Shown piece by piece: positions 1-13,059 of a DNA stretch of 64,000 nucleotides. Source of the DNA: Thalia democratica. Its lineage: Eukaryota. Location: positions 72,850,001-72,914,000 of the forward strand of contig OZ241829.1 in NCBI GenBank assembly GCA_965202585.1. Reading direction: 5' to 3'. Within the stretch, counting starts at the first letter, position 1, and every line of letters starts with the position of its first letter. Made by a program: the position numbers and the translations under genes. The notes under the pieces were generated by a model that was not told the DNA's origin, searched no databases, and saw nothing but the letters and a program-made list of their open reading frames with translations.

Positions 1-3000
1 GAGGAAGGTCGTAGCTGTAGGATCAAATGAAATTTGATTTTAGTCGTTCAAAACAACTTTTAAAATTAGTACTTTCTGCTGTTTTGCAACTAGCTTTAAT
101 GCTTATCTTTTATCAAGTCATCACTTTATATATGAATCGTATTGTGGAACTAGCGTTGGTGATTTTTGTATGTAACGTCACTAAGTGAGAAGCTTGTAAC
201 GTGACGTAAAGTAAGTTGAAAAAGTCGTATTACGGTTCATTGATATGAGAACCAATATTGTTTTAAACTGTAATAATTATTGGTAATCAAATGTTACAAG
301 CATAATAAATAAAAATAATACTTTGAACTACAAACTAGTATTGGAATGAAGGTTTTTTTTTTGAAAAGAATTCATTTTAGACGTTTTTACTAACTAATAA
401 TACATTGTCTTTAAATTTTTAAATTTTAGTACAAATAAATCTAAAAACTTTAGTTTTATATAACCTCTGCTATATTATAATTTTTATTATTATATTGTTT
501 ACTATGCACTTCGGACTCAGGCATCAAAAACTAAAAGTTTTTTAGAAGACAAACAAGAAAGACAATTAAAATAAACACAATTTAAATAAAATGAAAAACA
601 AAAACAAAAATCTAAAACAATTCAAGTTATAAAGAACCAATATTAAGTTGAAACTTATCTGTTTAATATAAAACGCGATAACTTGTTACCTGCAAAAAAA
701 AAGCTCACATATATAAAAGTACAACTAAATGGATGATTTTCCAAAAGCATTTTTATAAGAGAAGACATATTTGAACAAAATTTATAAAGGTAAGTTGATG
801 GTCTGTTGGAGAAGACATATGAAAATAATAACAGATGAAAAGGTAAAAGAGTCAGCAGTAGTCTAGATGAAATAAAACTTATAGTTTTTTATTATACTTT
901 TTTTTTGTTTTTCAAGGAAGTAACTATAATTTACTGATGTTAAAATTTACTGTAAGTTAAATTTAGTAAATAACTTAGTAAAATTAAATTTACTAAATTT
1001 AGTAAACTCTATTTAGTAAATCTAAACGCAAGTACTTCACTTTTCAATACAATGCCATATCGTCAGGTAGTTTGTTTCATATTGTCTTTGCTATGTGAAA
1101 AAAAAACCTTGCTGCTGACTGATGTTAAAATTATGTGCATATTTATTTTTGATGTAATGTTCTATTAAATGATATATTATGATTAAAACTAATTGAAAAA
1201 ATCATTTTTTTGCCATCAACAACTTTAAAATGTTTATAAATCTAATTCCCATCTTCTATATTATAGAGATTTCAATTCAAGTTTAATTAATCTAACATTA
1301 TATGTTGTATTGGGTTTGTTACAAAGATTACATAAAAAAGAGTAAAATATCTTTGTAAAGACTTAATTTTATTGATGTTATTATTTAAATAAGAGGACCT
1401 AATTTTGGTATTGTTGTTACTATTGACTGTTGACTTCCTTTAAGCGGTGAATTATATTAAGGCGAACCTTGATTTATCACTTCACACTTAATAAAATTGT
1501 TTTAAATAATGTAACTATTAATAGTGCAAGTTTTTCTATTTGACACTAAAATTAACCTAAGATTTTTTGAAGATCTTATTGTGTTGAGCCGTTTTTGAAT
1601 TCTATAAACGAGTTTAAGTTTATCAGAACAGAATCTATGTTTTAGTATTTAAAAAGCGATAGTTAATTATTTTAAAGTAAATATTATTTTCAACCTAACA
1701 ATCAATACTTATAAGGCTGCTAATAAAATTGTTTGTCTTTGAGTCTTAAGCTTTAAGCTTTATTCAGTTGGTAAATATTATACTAACACTCTATGTAAAA
1801 TTTTAGAAGATTTAAAAAACCCAACATAGAGACTTTTTTGATTTTTTTAAAACAATCCCAATGTAAGTTGCATGAGACCAAAAAAACTCGACTTTGCATT
1901 TTTTTATTGAATTTTAGTTTACATGAATTTTATTTTACAATGATCTCATAAACACATTATGCATTAATAAAAAAATATATAAATAATTTTTTTGCACTTC
2001 TTGGTTTTGTAAAAAATTTTGAAAATTGAAGAAAACGTACACTAAGTTAAAAAAATTGTATAAAACTAAAAAAATTGCTAAAAACTTTATTAAAATTGCT
2101 TAAATTGTGCACAAAGTGCTTTACGTGATAATTGGCTACATGTTAAAAAGTTTCTCTTAAAAATTTTAAGGTCGTCATGTACGGCTATAAAGTAATCATT
2201 CATATAACAACCTGAATTCTTTATTTCGGTTTTAGGTCGAAACCCAACAATACATTCATGAAAGTTTAAATATATTTAATATCTTAAAAATAGCAAGCTC
2301 CTTGTTTACCTTTAAAAGTACTAAATAACCTTTGAATAGCAAGAAAAATCTAACTATTTGAAAATTAAAGTAACAACAAATCATATTGATAAAAAACAAC
2401 AATAAAAATGTCAGTCCTACTCAGTGGCTAATGAACAAATTTTCTAAACTTTATGTGGAACAAAAAGACTTATGAATTGTTGAAAGCAAAACTCTACAAG
2501 TAAAATTCATATTTACTTTTATATTGTACAGCCTTTTTGTAAGTACTAAAAGTCATATTATAAAAAAGGTCGCACCAAATAACAAATTACAACATATAGT
2601 ATTTTATAAACTAATTTAGGGGTCATTTTTTAATATATGACTTAAAATTAAAAAAAAATTTACTAAATTTTTAAATAGTAAGATTATTATAAAACAAATA
2701 ATAATTAAAATTGAACAATAAAAATAATATTTTCATTTACTATTAATAGCGGTGTTTTTGTTTATGATATTTAAAGCAATATGTTAATAATAAAGTGAAT
2801 TTGAACAAATAAAAATGTACTATAAAGTTGTCTTTATTTGTAATAAAAGAATTATCATTAAAAGAGACGGTATAAAACAATTCAAAACTCTCACACCTTG
2901 AATTAACTAATGCTATTCATAGTTAATTTTGTTTTTATCCGGCCAGATCTTAGCAATGATCCGGCTAAACTGAACTGAATGTTTTTTAAAAACAAAACCA

Positions 3001-3589
3001 GTAGAACTGCATCCTGTACTGTGTAACACTAAAAAGCAGTTGAAGTTACGAGTAGTTGAGGTAAAGCTATTGCGGGAAGTTTTATTAATAGTTAGCAGAT
3101 AAGTACATTGCTTACGCATAAGTAACAATGCTTTTACAAAATCAATTAACTTTATATTCTATCACACCTGATTTTTTTTAAATTTGATACGAAATAGGCT
3201 TCACGATTATTGCTATAATTTTTATACTGTCCATCAAATGAAAAGTCAAAAAATGAAAAGTCATTATCTTTCAAAAAAAAATAAAATTTTCTTGCAATTA
3301 TAACCACTGACCGATGGCTCGGTCGTAGTAAGGTTAGGTAATTGCTTGTTCTGGCTTTTCGCCTTTCGTTTTGACCGCTTAATGCGTTTTATGTCGTCCA
3401 TTGATAAGCGTTTGGACAACATGAAAAATTAAATTATATATATATAATGTTATAAAACGTTCTAACGGAACGCTTTAACTTTAATGTATGGAACTTACTA
3501 CTAAGCTAAAGTTAAAAAAACAACTTAAAGTTTTTGGTGATTTATATACATCATAATACAAAAACGATACATATACAATTACCTAATCT

Positions 3590-3749
3590 GATCAGATCCT
3601 ACTTGCATTACTGTCTCCCGTGATCAATTCCTGCATTCACAATTGCCTCCCGCAATCAATTCCTACATGCAAAATTCCCTCCCGCTTTTGTTTCATTCAT
3701 GCAAAATTCCCTCTCCTGATCAAATCCTATATGCACAATTCCCTCCCGT
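3590..3749. repeat. Tandem repeat, 5 x 32 bp (consensus gatcaattcctacatgcacaattccctcccgy)
   Basis: Units start at 3590, 3622, 3654, 3686 and 3718 (exact 32-bp period). Possibly a subterminal array of a DNA transposon (inference). Confidence 0.85.
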
Positions 3750-6700
3750 TATTAATTTAATATATTTCATAGTATTATACTATAAAATTAAACATAATTT
3801 TAGTTCGCAGTTATATACTCTGCTTTTTAAACTCTAAAAAATATTTGAACTAGTCTTAAAATCTCGTTTTTATTGATTGTAGTTAAGGGTGGACAACTAC
3901 TATAGTTAACGGGCAAAACTAATTAGAAAAAGTGTTATGCAGGCTGAGCTTGTTAAACAATTAAAAGACAAGCCGAGTAATTCTTGTAAAATTATAATTT
4001 AAAATAAAAGACAAAAAAAAAATTAAACAGTTTGATATGATGACTTAACCAACGCTACTTTGAGCTTGATGTAAAATTAAATGGAAATTAAAAAGTATTT
4101 GTTATTGAAAAGCTTAACTTTTGTTTTATACAAAAAAAGTTTAAAATTGTTTTGATGATCAAAGCTTAAAATAATTAGTTTATTTTCAATGAATTTATTA
4201 CATTCATAACCGATTGTACATACCTTTATATTTAAGCACTTAAAAACTTCTTAATTTTCTAAACTTAGTTCTAAGAAAAAAACACCAAGAATGAAATGAA
4301 CTTATAGAATTTTAAAATTAAGTAATTTTTTTATTAAGTTTATATATTTATATTCTAAAAGTGTTCTACAAAATAAATCTGTATAAACTTACTAATTCCA
4401 AGAAAAATTTCTAGATATTATTCATACAAACCTAATATATTTAAAACTTAAAAATTTCAAACAATATTCTTAGTATCTATACTTGTGAAGCAAAGTTTTA
4501 TATATTATTATTTGTATAAATGCATTTAATATATACTTTATGATATTTTATTTATATATAAAAAAAAAATCACTTGAAACTTACTTTACTGCAAAACAAC
4601 TAGTTTAAACTTTGAAATTATTAATTTACGTTTTTAAACATCTTACTTGGATTTTTTTTTTAATTAATAAATTTATTTTTGCAATTAAGTAAACGGCTTA
4701 TCAAAAAAGTTTTTATTTTATATCACCTAGTTTTACTGCAAGGTGATAAAGTTTAACTTGTTTTTTTTTTTTAATTCTTTTGATCTTTTGACTGATGTCG
4801 ACTAATAAACTTTTATGCATTTCATTCAATCTTGTAACATTTTTCTCAAAATTTTTCCCGATATAATTTAAAGTTCTCTAACATGATAAAATTAGACCGC
4901 AAACTCACAAACGCTCGTGTTCAGATACAAATTACTTTCAAATTTACGGTATCTACAATACTTGTTTTATTGCATGATCGTTTAGATGTTTATGGTAAAC
5001 ATTATTTATAAGTCGGCATGTACGACTATATATTATCTTACTGAAAAATGTTACAAATAAACTTGCTTATCAATCGCAAAAGCGGTTCTTTAAGTACAAA
5101 AGCTTTTAATTTTGCGGTTTGTTTTTTCCTGATTATTTTATTTCTACTCTGAGCTGATAATTGTATATTTATGAGCATTTTTCTTGTTATTTTATAAATT
5201 CTACTCTATCGACTATTTTGTACTTTTTTGAAGCCTCGAACGCAAAGTTTGCTTGTGACGTAAGACGACATTTTTTAGTAACAACTTAATCATCACGTTT
5301 TAGTTTGTTGTAATGTTGTTTTATTACCTAAGTAGAAATTACAACCTCTTACTTTCTAACCTTATAATGTAACATTCCATTTGCTAGAAAACAAATTCAC
5401 TCTATTCTGTCATTTATTTAGCATTGTATAATTATCTTCGGTTTTATGAAGTTAAATTTAAGTCAATTTACGATAACAACTCTCTGGGGCAGTTACAAAA
5501 TCCTCTTAATATTTTGTTTTTTGAAAGTTTTATCTGTTTCAACAAATAATATTTATTATGTGTTATTATTTGAAAGTTTTTTGTCGTAAGTAAATACCTT
5601 GGCAGCTTAAAAATAAAATAGTTTTATTTATTGTTAATTCGAAGCTTTTCGTCTTACTTCCAAAACTATCTACATGGGTATGCAACTCGATGACAGAGAG
5701 GTTTTTTTGCTATCCAGGTCATTGAACCAAAACATTTTTGAGCAATTTTTTTTTTCGCTTTTTGTTCAATAAACTATATAAACTACATACATTTATTAAC
5801 ATTCTAAATCTAAAATTGAATTAACAATGAACAAAACTATTTTAAAATTTACTTAATTTTTTAGTTTACCTACAGTAAAAGGGAAGCAATAACTTTTTTT
5901 ATCAAAATTAAAAAATCTTTTGCAGGCTCGACTTCTAAAAAACAAGTTTAGTAGGCTGAGTTGTTTGATGTCTTTACTACAAACGTTGAAACATTTTTAA
6001 AAGCAAAACTGTACTACAACACTTGTTTTCAAACCAAAATTAAAGGTACGTTTTATATTTTTTGTTATCAAATAGCCCTATCTTAATTGTTTTTTCAACT
6101 TGTTCATAAAAACAATACGTATCAAGTCGGATCTGGTTAGTTTACCTTACTAAAAATATTTTGTAAAACTAAATTTACCTAAAAACAGAAAAAAAGTGGT
6201 TTATACCATATTCTGAACTGTCAACTGTGTATATGAGCGATGTTTTTGGTTGGACTTTTTTTGTTTATTTTACACTTCTTTTAGTTTTATAAAGATGTAG
6301 TCTATCATACTAGACCATTTTTAGTTCATTGACTGATTTTTTATTGCTTAAAACTTATAACTATAGCTGCTTTAAATTGTGTGCAAATTTAAAGTTTTAC
6401 TGTTTCTGGTAATTGTTGTATTTCAATGAGCATTACCATCTCAATGAACGGTTTATATTTATAGTTTTTATACTTTCTTAAAAAGGCAACAGTAAAGCAA
6501 AAAATAATTTTTAAACCTTAGTTTTTTCTTAAAATTGTAATGTGCCTGATAGACAATGGAATTTTTTTAATATTTAATAAGCTACCTGTTTTATCGTAGT
6601 TTTTGAAAAAGTCTTATTGTATAATAGTATAATAAAACTTTAAAGAAATGTTTTTATCAAATGTTACAAAGTTTATTACAAATATATTTTTTTAAAGTGC

Positions 6701-7245
6701 TGAAGACCTAGCTTATAAGCATCAGATAAAGGAAAACACAACACCGTTATATATAATCAGGTTTGCTATTGGTTATTAAATGTTTTTGTTTAACTTCTAT
6801 TGGTTTTAATGTTTTATCACGGGCCCACGAATTTTTGAGAAAGTATTTTTAAAGATTTTCAAAAATTCTCACTAATTGTTTACTAACCAAAATTAGAGTA
6901 CTTATCAAACAGCTGGCTCGTTATTTGATAGTTTTTGTTGGATGTGTTGATACGAATACCCTCCGGCCGTATCATAGTTTTTAAATTTGTTCGAATACAG
7001 TAAATAAATAAACAAAATTTAAAATATAAAAAAATCAATTGAAAACAAGTTCATAGTAATATAATTAACAGTTTTATATTAAATTTCATTCTTTGTAGCA
7101 TTTTCAAGTTTGAATTGTGAAAAAATACATTGAATTTTAAAAGCTTTATGGCATTAATAAATGTGCTTTATAAAGAATTTTTTCATTATGTAAAAGATTT
7201 TTTTTTCTTAACTATGTTGAAGAGTGAAACCATTATTAACTACTT

Positions 7246-7311
7246 TTACGTCACAGGTCAGTTAAATCATTGACGTCACACCGAAGCCTCGTTGAACCAA
7301 CAATGACGTCG
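7246..7311. promoter_or_regulatory. Cluster of three CRE/ATF-like motifs
   Basis: ttacgtca 7246-7253, perfect TGACGTCA 7271-7278 and tgacgtcg 7304-7311, in a locally CpG-richer island. Confidence 0.3.
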
Positions 7312-9322
7312 TCGAACAGTTAGCTGAGTATGACCTCTTTCAATTGACTGTACAATTACTTATGTAGTTTTTTGTTAAATATAAGCTATACTTTTTGTAA
7401 AAAAACATTAAAATTATGTATAATTGATTATATTTTAGCTTAAAAAATTTTACAACATGATTAAAAATTTTTTAAGTTTCAGAAAAGTTAAAAAAGGCTT
7501 CTAGTATATTTATACTTGTGTACAATTTATCGTTAAAATTTTGGTTAATATTTATTATTACAGGTTCATTGACCGGAGGTTGCTCTGTCAAAGTTTGAAA
7601 AAACACCAGAGTGTTGTGAATCATCAGAATTTTGGCGTTATCTGCAAACAAAAATTTCATACTTATTATTTTGAGTTAAATTAAAGAAACACATAAGCAA
7701 TTGCCACTATTGTTCTTAATACTTCATAATAAGAAATAGCCAAAAAATAAGGGAATTCAATATGCTTTTTTTTAACTTTCAATTTTTTTTACTACTTTTT
7801 ACTTATAAATTAACAATGAACAGCAGTGCTATTAATAAGTATTTTAAACAATTTGTTATAAACAAATTAAAGATACTTTTGTGTAACACTTATAATGTTG
7901 TGTTTCAAGCGATTATATGTGAAGTATAACGGAAAATTTCAAACTGTAGCACAATTTTGTATTAAAAAAAAGTTTACTTAATAGCAATAGAAAATTTGGA
8001 AAAAAATGAATAAAATTAAATAATAAAAATAGTATTGTACTTATGTCATTTAAAAAACACCTTTATAAGACTGTTTTTTTTATGTATCTGTTTTAACTGT
8101 TGATAATATTATATGAATTTTAATAGCAAAAACCTATTTTCTAACAATAAAATTGTTAAAAAATAACAAAACAAGTATCAATTCAAAGTTTTTTGTTTTT
8201 TCCTGACGTTATTATTTATCTCTAAGCATAAGTGGACATGATTTTATATATTTTTTTTTATTTTAAGACATTTTTACCATGTTTATAAAACGCTATTTAT
8301 GCTATCAAAATATCTAAAAACATATATTTTCTAATCTTAATTTATAAAGTTTGTTAGAATCTGATTAAAATAATTTTAAAACTTTCCATATACAATTGTT
8401 TTTATTGCTATTGGTCCTTTGAACTTTTCGAAAATGGTACATTTATTTTTGTTATAAATAATGCTTATGGTGTGTTGTTATTAATGGTTTATAAGTTTTC
8501 AAAACTTTTAATTTATCTGTTTCAAAAACAATCATTTAAGTTTTTTTTTTACATTCGAGTCATTATAGATAATGTGAATGCAAACTAGTGACATCAAACG
8601 GTTCTTAATAAAGTAGTAGTTTACAATGGCATGTTAAAAATTTATAAAATGAATAAGCTGTATTAAGAATAAAATAAGTTGTATCATTACTCTATAACTT
8701 TTGGGAATTTATCGAAAGCTATTAGAGAATGTATAAAACACACTTTATGTCTAATTAAAAAATAAAAATATATCTTAAACTGTTTTTTTCTGAATTTTGT
8801 TTTTTTATTACTTATAAACTTTTTCAATCATTGCTTATATCAATACGCAAAATATCTAAACTTATGGATATTAAAAATTAATAGTTATTACTGTAACTGG
8901 TTTAAGTTTATGCATGTTAATTTAATTTTTGATCTAGAAAAGTTATCATTTTAAAGTTCATAAGTAGACAAAATATTCTATAATTGAATTATTTAAAAGT
9001 AACGTCTTTTGAGGTTGATTTTTAACAAGTTAATTGATTGCCTACTTATTGTTTTTATGACAACATTTTTTAGCTTTAAATATAATGAAAAGAATATTAA
9101 ATATTATTATTAAAGTAATTTATAGCGTTTGTTCACTCATAAACATTCTAAAAACTGTTTTGAAACAATAAATCGTGGTGTATAAAAGATTAAAAACTGT
9201 GTTTCAGTTCAAATAACAAATTTTGTTATCTTTTACTAGCTTACTCATAAATTTTCAAAAAAATACTATTGAAAATACTTGTTATATTTTAAAATTTAAG
9301 TCTCTAGGTTTCTTAAGAACTA

Positions 9323-11628
9323 TAGTTATCTATCAAATCGAAACTTTTTGGATTTGGCAGGGTCCGAATTCGAGTCTTATTTTCAAACTAGGATTCGGCC
9401 GAATCTTATTTTCAATGTAAATTTAGATTCGGCCTAATCCGAGTCCAAATCCAAATACTTTAATAGTTGGAATACTTAAGATTTAAGCTGATTGTAACTT
9501 AAATACAATCCAAGTTAATAAATAATAATTATTATTAAAATATTACTTAATTAGTAAATTAAGTCTTAAAAATATTTTTAACGTCTTAATAAATAAATAC
9601 ATTTTTATTTGAGAACCATTTATTTCAAAATTTAACAAAAAAACAAAGTTCTTGATGAAAAAAAATTATGCTACATACACAAAAGTTTAGTTTCAATATT
9701 TTGATTTAAAGCAAGCAACGTAACAATTAACTTGTATTTTTGTTATGCAAAATAAATGAATCATCGACTTTAATAAATGCTTAAAGCAGAAAACAAATCA
9801 CAAACAAAGTTAAAGCATTTTATGGTTAACTTAATAGTTAGTTTTTATTGTGACCAAAAACGAATTAGAACATAAACTTTTGCAAGTGTTCATATTTATA
9901 AAACAAAGTGCAATTGAAAATTACATAAAGCCGTAATAAATTGAAATATAATACCAACTGACGTGAAGGCCTAAAAATAACAGAAATTACAAATGTAATT
10001 AAAAGCTTTTAAGTTCCACTTAGGGTTACACTTTTACGATTACAAAAAGAAACCTAAATTGGACCTTAGCAACTGTTTGAAAATATAAAACGAACTGTAA
10101 TTGCAAAAGATGTCTTTTTTATAGTACAAAAGACTACTGTTGTTTTTACAAATTGTGGTAGAGAAATAAATATTTTTGCCAGTCTTTGGAAGCAACCAAT
10201 TACGGTTTTCCTCCTACAAATTACAATCTTCAGACAATTATCTTAAAGAATACAAATAATATTATAGTGCGGTAAGATATTTCCTTGCAAAGCAGGCATT
10301 ATGTTGGTATTTTGTCTTGTTCAAGTTCCACCAGTTTAAAACTTTGTCTACTTCAGTTTCTGCATTTAAACTCTCTGTAGCAAAAAAGCCCTATATTTCT
10401 GCTCCAGATTCTTCATCAATAGAATTCTGTTCCTTGTCCTCTTGTGAAGCTTTTTTTTATTCTATTTAAACCAAAGAGTAGTAGGGTGAAACTTTTTCTG
10501 ATCAAAACTTACAGATGGTTGTGGTGCTTCTCTTCCGGCAATATAGGAGAATCACTTTTTTGATCAGCCTGAAAGAGATATGCTTTTTTACATTAAATTT
10601 AAGCTGCTCTTTAAAGATGTTTTTGAGGTAAGAAAATAATGCGAAAGTCAATGTCGTGGGTCAACAGCTGTTCTGACTAGTAGTAATTTGTTGTAAATCA
10701 TGTTTGAATTGTTATTATTAGTACAGAATAAGGATTGGCAATGTACGGCTGGCGGGCGGAATCCGGCCTGCAAAAATCAATAGTACAAAATGTTTATAAA
10801 ACTTTGTATAGCATTTTTACAAGACAAAACTGTAAGATTTTGACTTAAAAACATGTTTAAAAACAGCTTTTCATATTACTATCTGCTAATAAAAAACCAT
10901 TTTGTCCCAATATTTTGTGGTGTTCAACTTAGTTGGAATACATTCTGGTCAAATTACCCAAAGAAAACTGTTTGTTTAAATCTGGTATTTTACTTACCAA
11001 TCTTTGTCAATTACCATGTCAATTCTAATTGTAGACATTACGTAAACATCTGACGTGTCTCAATCTATAGATGTTTAGAGAAAAAAATCCTTTTAAAGCC
11101 TGAGCTTGCAGATAAAAATTCACTGAACTGATATGACATAAGGAAAACCTTACTAAAATAAATAAATTAAATTACCTACAAGTATATTTATTTTTTATAT
11201 TCTCAAAAAAAAAATGTTGTTTGAACTGAAATAGGTTTACGAGCAAACCTAAAAAAATAAAAAAATCATGAATAAGTAAGACCGGTTATCAAAAAAGCTG
11301 AGTTTAAACGTCTTAACTGTGTACTTAGTTTCATTTAAGAGTCAAAAAAAAATAATTTATCACAGTAATCTTAGTTGGTGCAAAACTCTAGATTAAAGTG
11401 GAGAATGCTTTTATCAGTATGAAAAAGCACTGTTTTATCAACTCAAGTGTGAAACCATTAATTAGTTCTACATTTCATTAAACTTTTGACAAAAAGTTAA
11501 ATAAAATTCAAAAGTTTTAAAATGGTCTACCGGATCCGAAATTTTGGATCCGACTGAATCCGAATCCGAGTCCAAAAAGGCGGATTCGTTCGAATCTAGG
11601 TCTGAATCTTGGATTCGGTAGTTCACTA
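9323..11628 (-). mobile_element. Degenerate hAT (Ac/ZBED-type) DNA transposon with a nested hAT MITE fragment
   Basis: Ends tagttatctatcaaatc / ggattcggtagttcacta are imperfect inverted repeats with ggattcgg/ccgaatcc subterminal repeats. The segment is absent from the paralogous spacer at ~30.4 kb. A nested MITE left end starts at ~10729. No clear TSD. Confidence 0.55.
10130..10690 (-). pseudogene. hAT transposase C-terminal (dimerisation domain) remnant
   Basis: Minus-strand translation gives VDPR, EVDKVLNWWNLNKTKY, ACFARKYLTA and EENRNWLLPKT, typical of hAT/ZBED C-termini, with stops and frameshifts. Confidence 0.75.
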
Positions 11629-11689
11629 GAATTAAATATCAAACTGTGACTTATAATAAAAACTTCTTAGTTAAAATTTACTAAAGTAT

Positions 11690-11927
11690 CATTATATGTT
11701 TTGGTTTTAAGAAAACAAATAGAGAGATCTCAACTCCTGGAGGAGAAGAAATATATTTATTCTTTCGAAAATTTATTTTACAAACTAAGTTTCGGTCAAA
11801 AGCCTCGTCAGTGCTTAAATAAATCTTATTCAAATATAAATTGTACTTGAATAAAACTTATTTAAGCACTGACGAGGCTTTTGACCGAAACTTAGTTTGT
11901 AAAATAAATTTTTGAAAGAAAAAGTAT
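11690..11927. mobile_element. 238-bp insertion with 14-bp TSD containing an inverted dimer of a minimal hammerhead-like motif (Penelope-like/retrozyme-type)
   Basis: TSD atttactaaagtat at 11676-11689 and 11928-11941; empty site in the paralogous spacer (~17898). Perfect 55-bp inverted arms at 11768-11822 and 11858-11912. CTGACGA 11869-11875 and GAAA 11887-11890. Confidence 0.7.
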
Positions 11928-13028
11928 ATTTACTAAAGTATTTAAAAAAATCATTTCATTCAAACTACAAATTTAAATTAAATGAAATTTTAAGAATGAT
12001 TTTAAAAATACTTTTAAGGGTTTTTTTTGTGAAAAAGTAAAATTTTAACTTTTGGTTATTTTTATCTTTTTTATTTTAAACTAACTATCAAACGTTTTGG
12101 TACAAATTATTGCAATTATAATCCTTAAAAAAATGTTTTGACTTACAACTAAATATGTTACTGACTTTAATTTAAAAAGAAAGTTTAAGAGTTTTCTTTC
12201 AGTTATTATATGAATTTATTTATACATTACAGATTTTAAATGATATAAAACATATAAAAATTCAACAACATAGGTTTTTTTTGTTGTATACATTTGTTTG
12301 AAGTAAAAAAAAAGATAATTTCGTTATCTCTATCTTTTAAAAAAGCCTAGGTTTTCTGCCAGAAAGCTTTAACATATATTTTTGTTAACCAATAAAAAAG
12401 GTACACTAATAGATAATATTATAATAATAATATACTTAATAAAATTTTAATATAGTTTGTGCAAAAGACTTTTAATGAAGTTCATGATATTTTATTTGAT
12501 AAATGAAAATAAATGCAAAAAATAAAAAATATCTCACTATAGATTTTTTTTTAAGTTTATTAAAATTCAAAACTTTTATAAAATAAGTAACTATATATTT
12601 CTATTTTAAGTAAAAACCAATTTTAATTGTTTAAGTGGATAGTGAAAATTTTTTACCTATTATGTAAATTTAGAAAAAGTAGTACTTATTCAAAAATGCT
12701 GACAAATATGAAAGTAATTTAATAGAGAGTTATTCTTAGTTTAAATATATACCCTAGTTAGCTTATTATTGCAAACATACTACAACAAAAAACAATATTT
12801 TGTAATTTAGATATTAGTATTCAATAAGTTTAGATATTCGTTATACTTAAACACAAAAAGATTTTCTGCTTTGCTTAATTTCAAAATAAACTTTTAAAAG
12901 TTATTCTTTAATTTAAATATTTTTAATGGAAATAGATACTACCTTACGTCTGTAATTTAAAAGTTTTGAAAAGTTTTATCGTTTTTTGTTGTAATGTTAT
13001 ATTAAAAACATTTAATTAACATTTTAAG

Positions 13029-13059
13029 TTACAGGTGAGTAGTTAGTGAAGTTAGTAAA
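13029..13059 (+). promoter_or_regulatory. Acceptor|donor junction (ttacAG|GTGAGT) plus 25-nt leader, copy 1
   Basis: AG 13033-13034, GTGAGT 13035-13040, ATG at 13060; conserved before every paralog. Confidence 0.6.

Noticed and set aside
2913-3422. Possible two-exon minus-strand gene (MLSKRLSMDDIKRIKRSKRKAK..., donor-like GTCAGT, then the 2913..3128 ORF)
   Set aside because: The candidate junction does not keep an open frame and I recognise no protein; it may be a transposon fragment.
3590-3749. CRISPR-like appearance of the 32-bp repeats
   Set aside because: Units abut with no unique spacers, the context is eukaryotic and there are no cas genes.
3643-3837. 64-aa ORF
   Set aside because: Arises from the 32-bp tandem repeat.
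5926-6045. Exon-like segment bounded by ttttgcag and gtacgt
   Set aside because: All three frames contain stops; at best a non-coding or pseudo-exon, with no other support.
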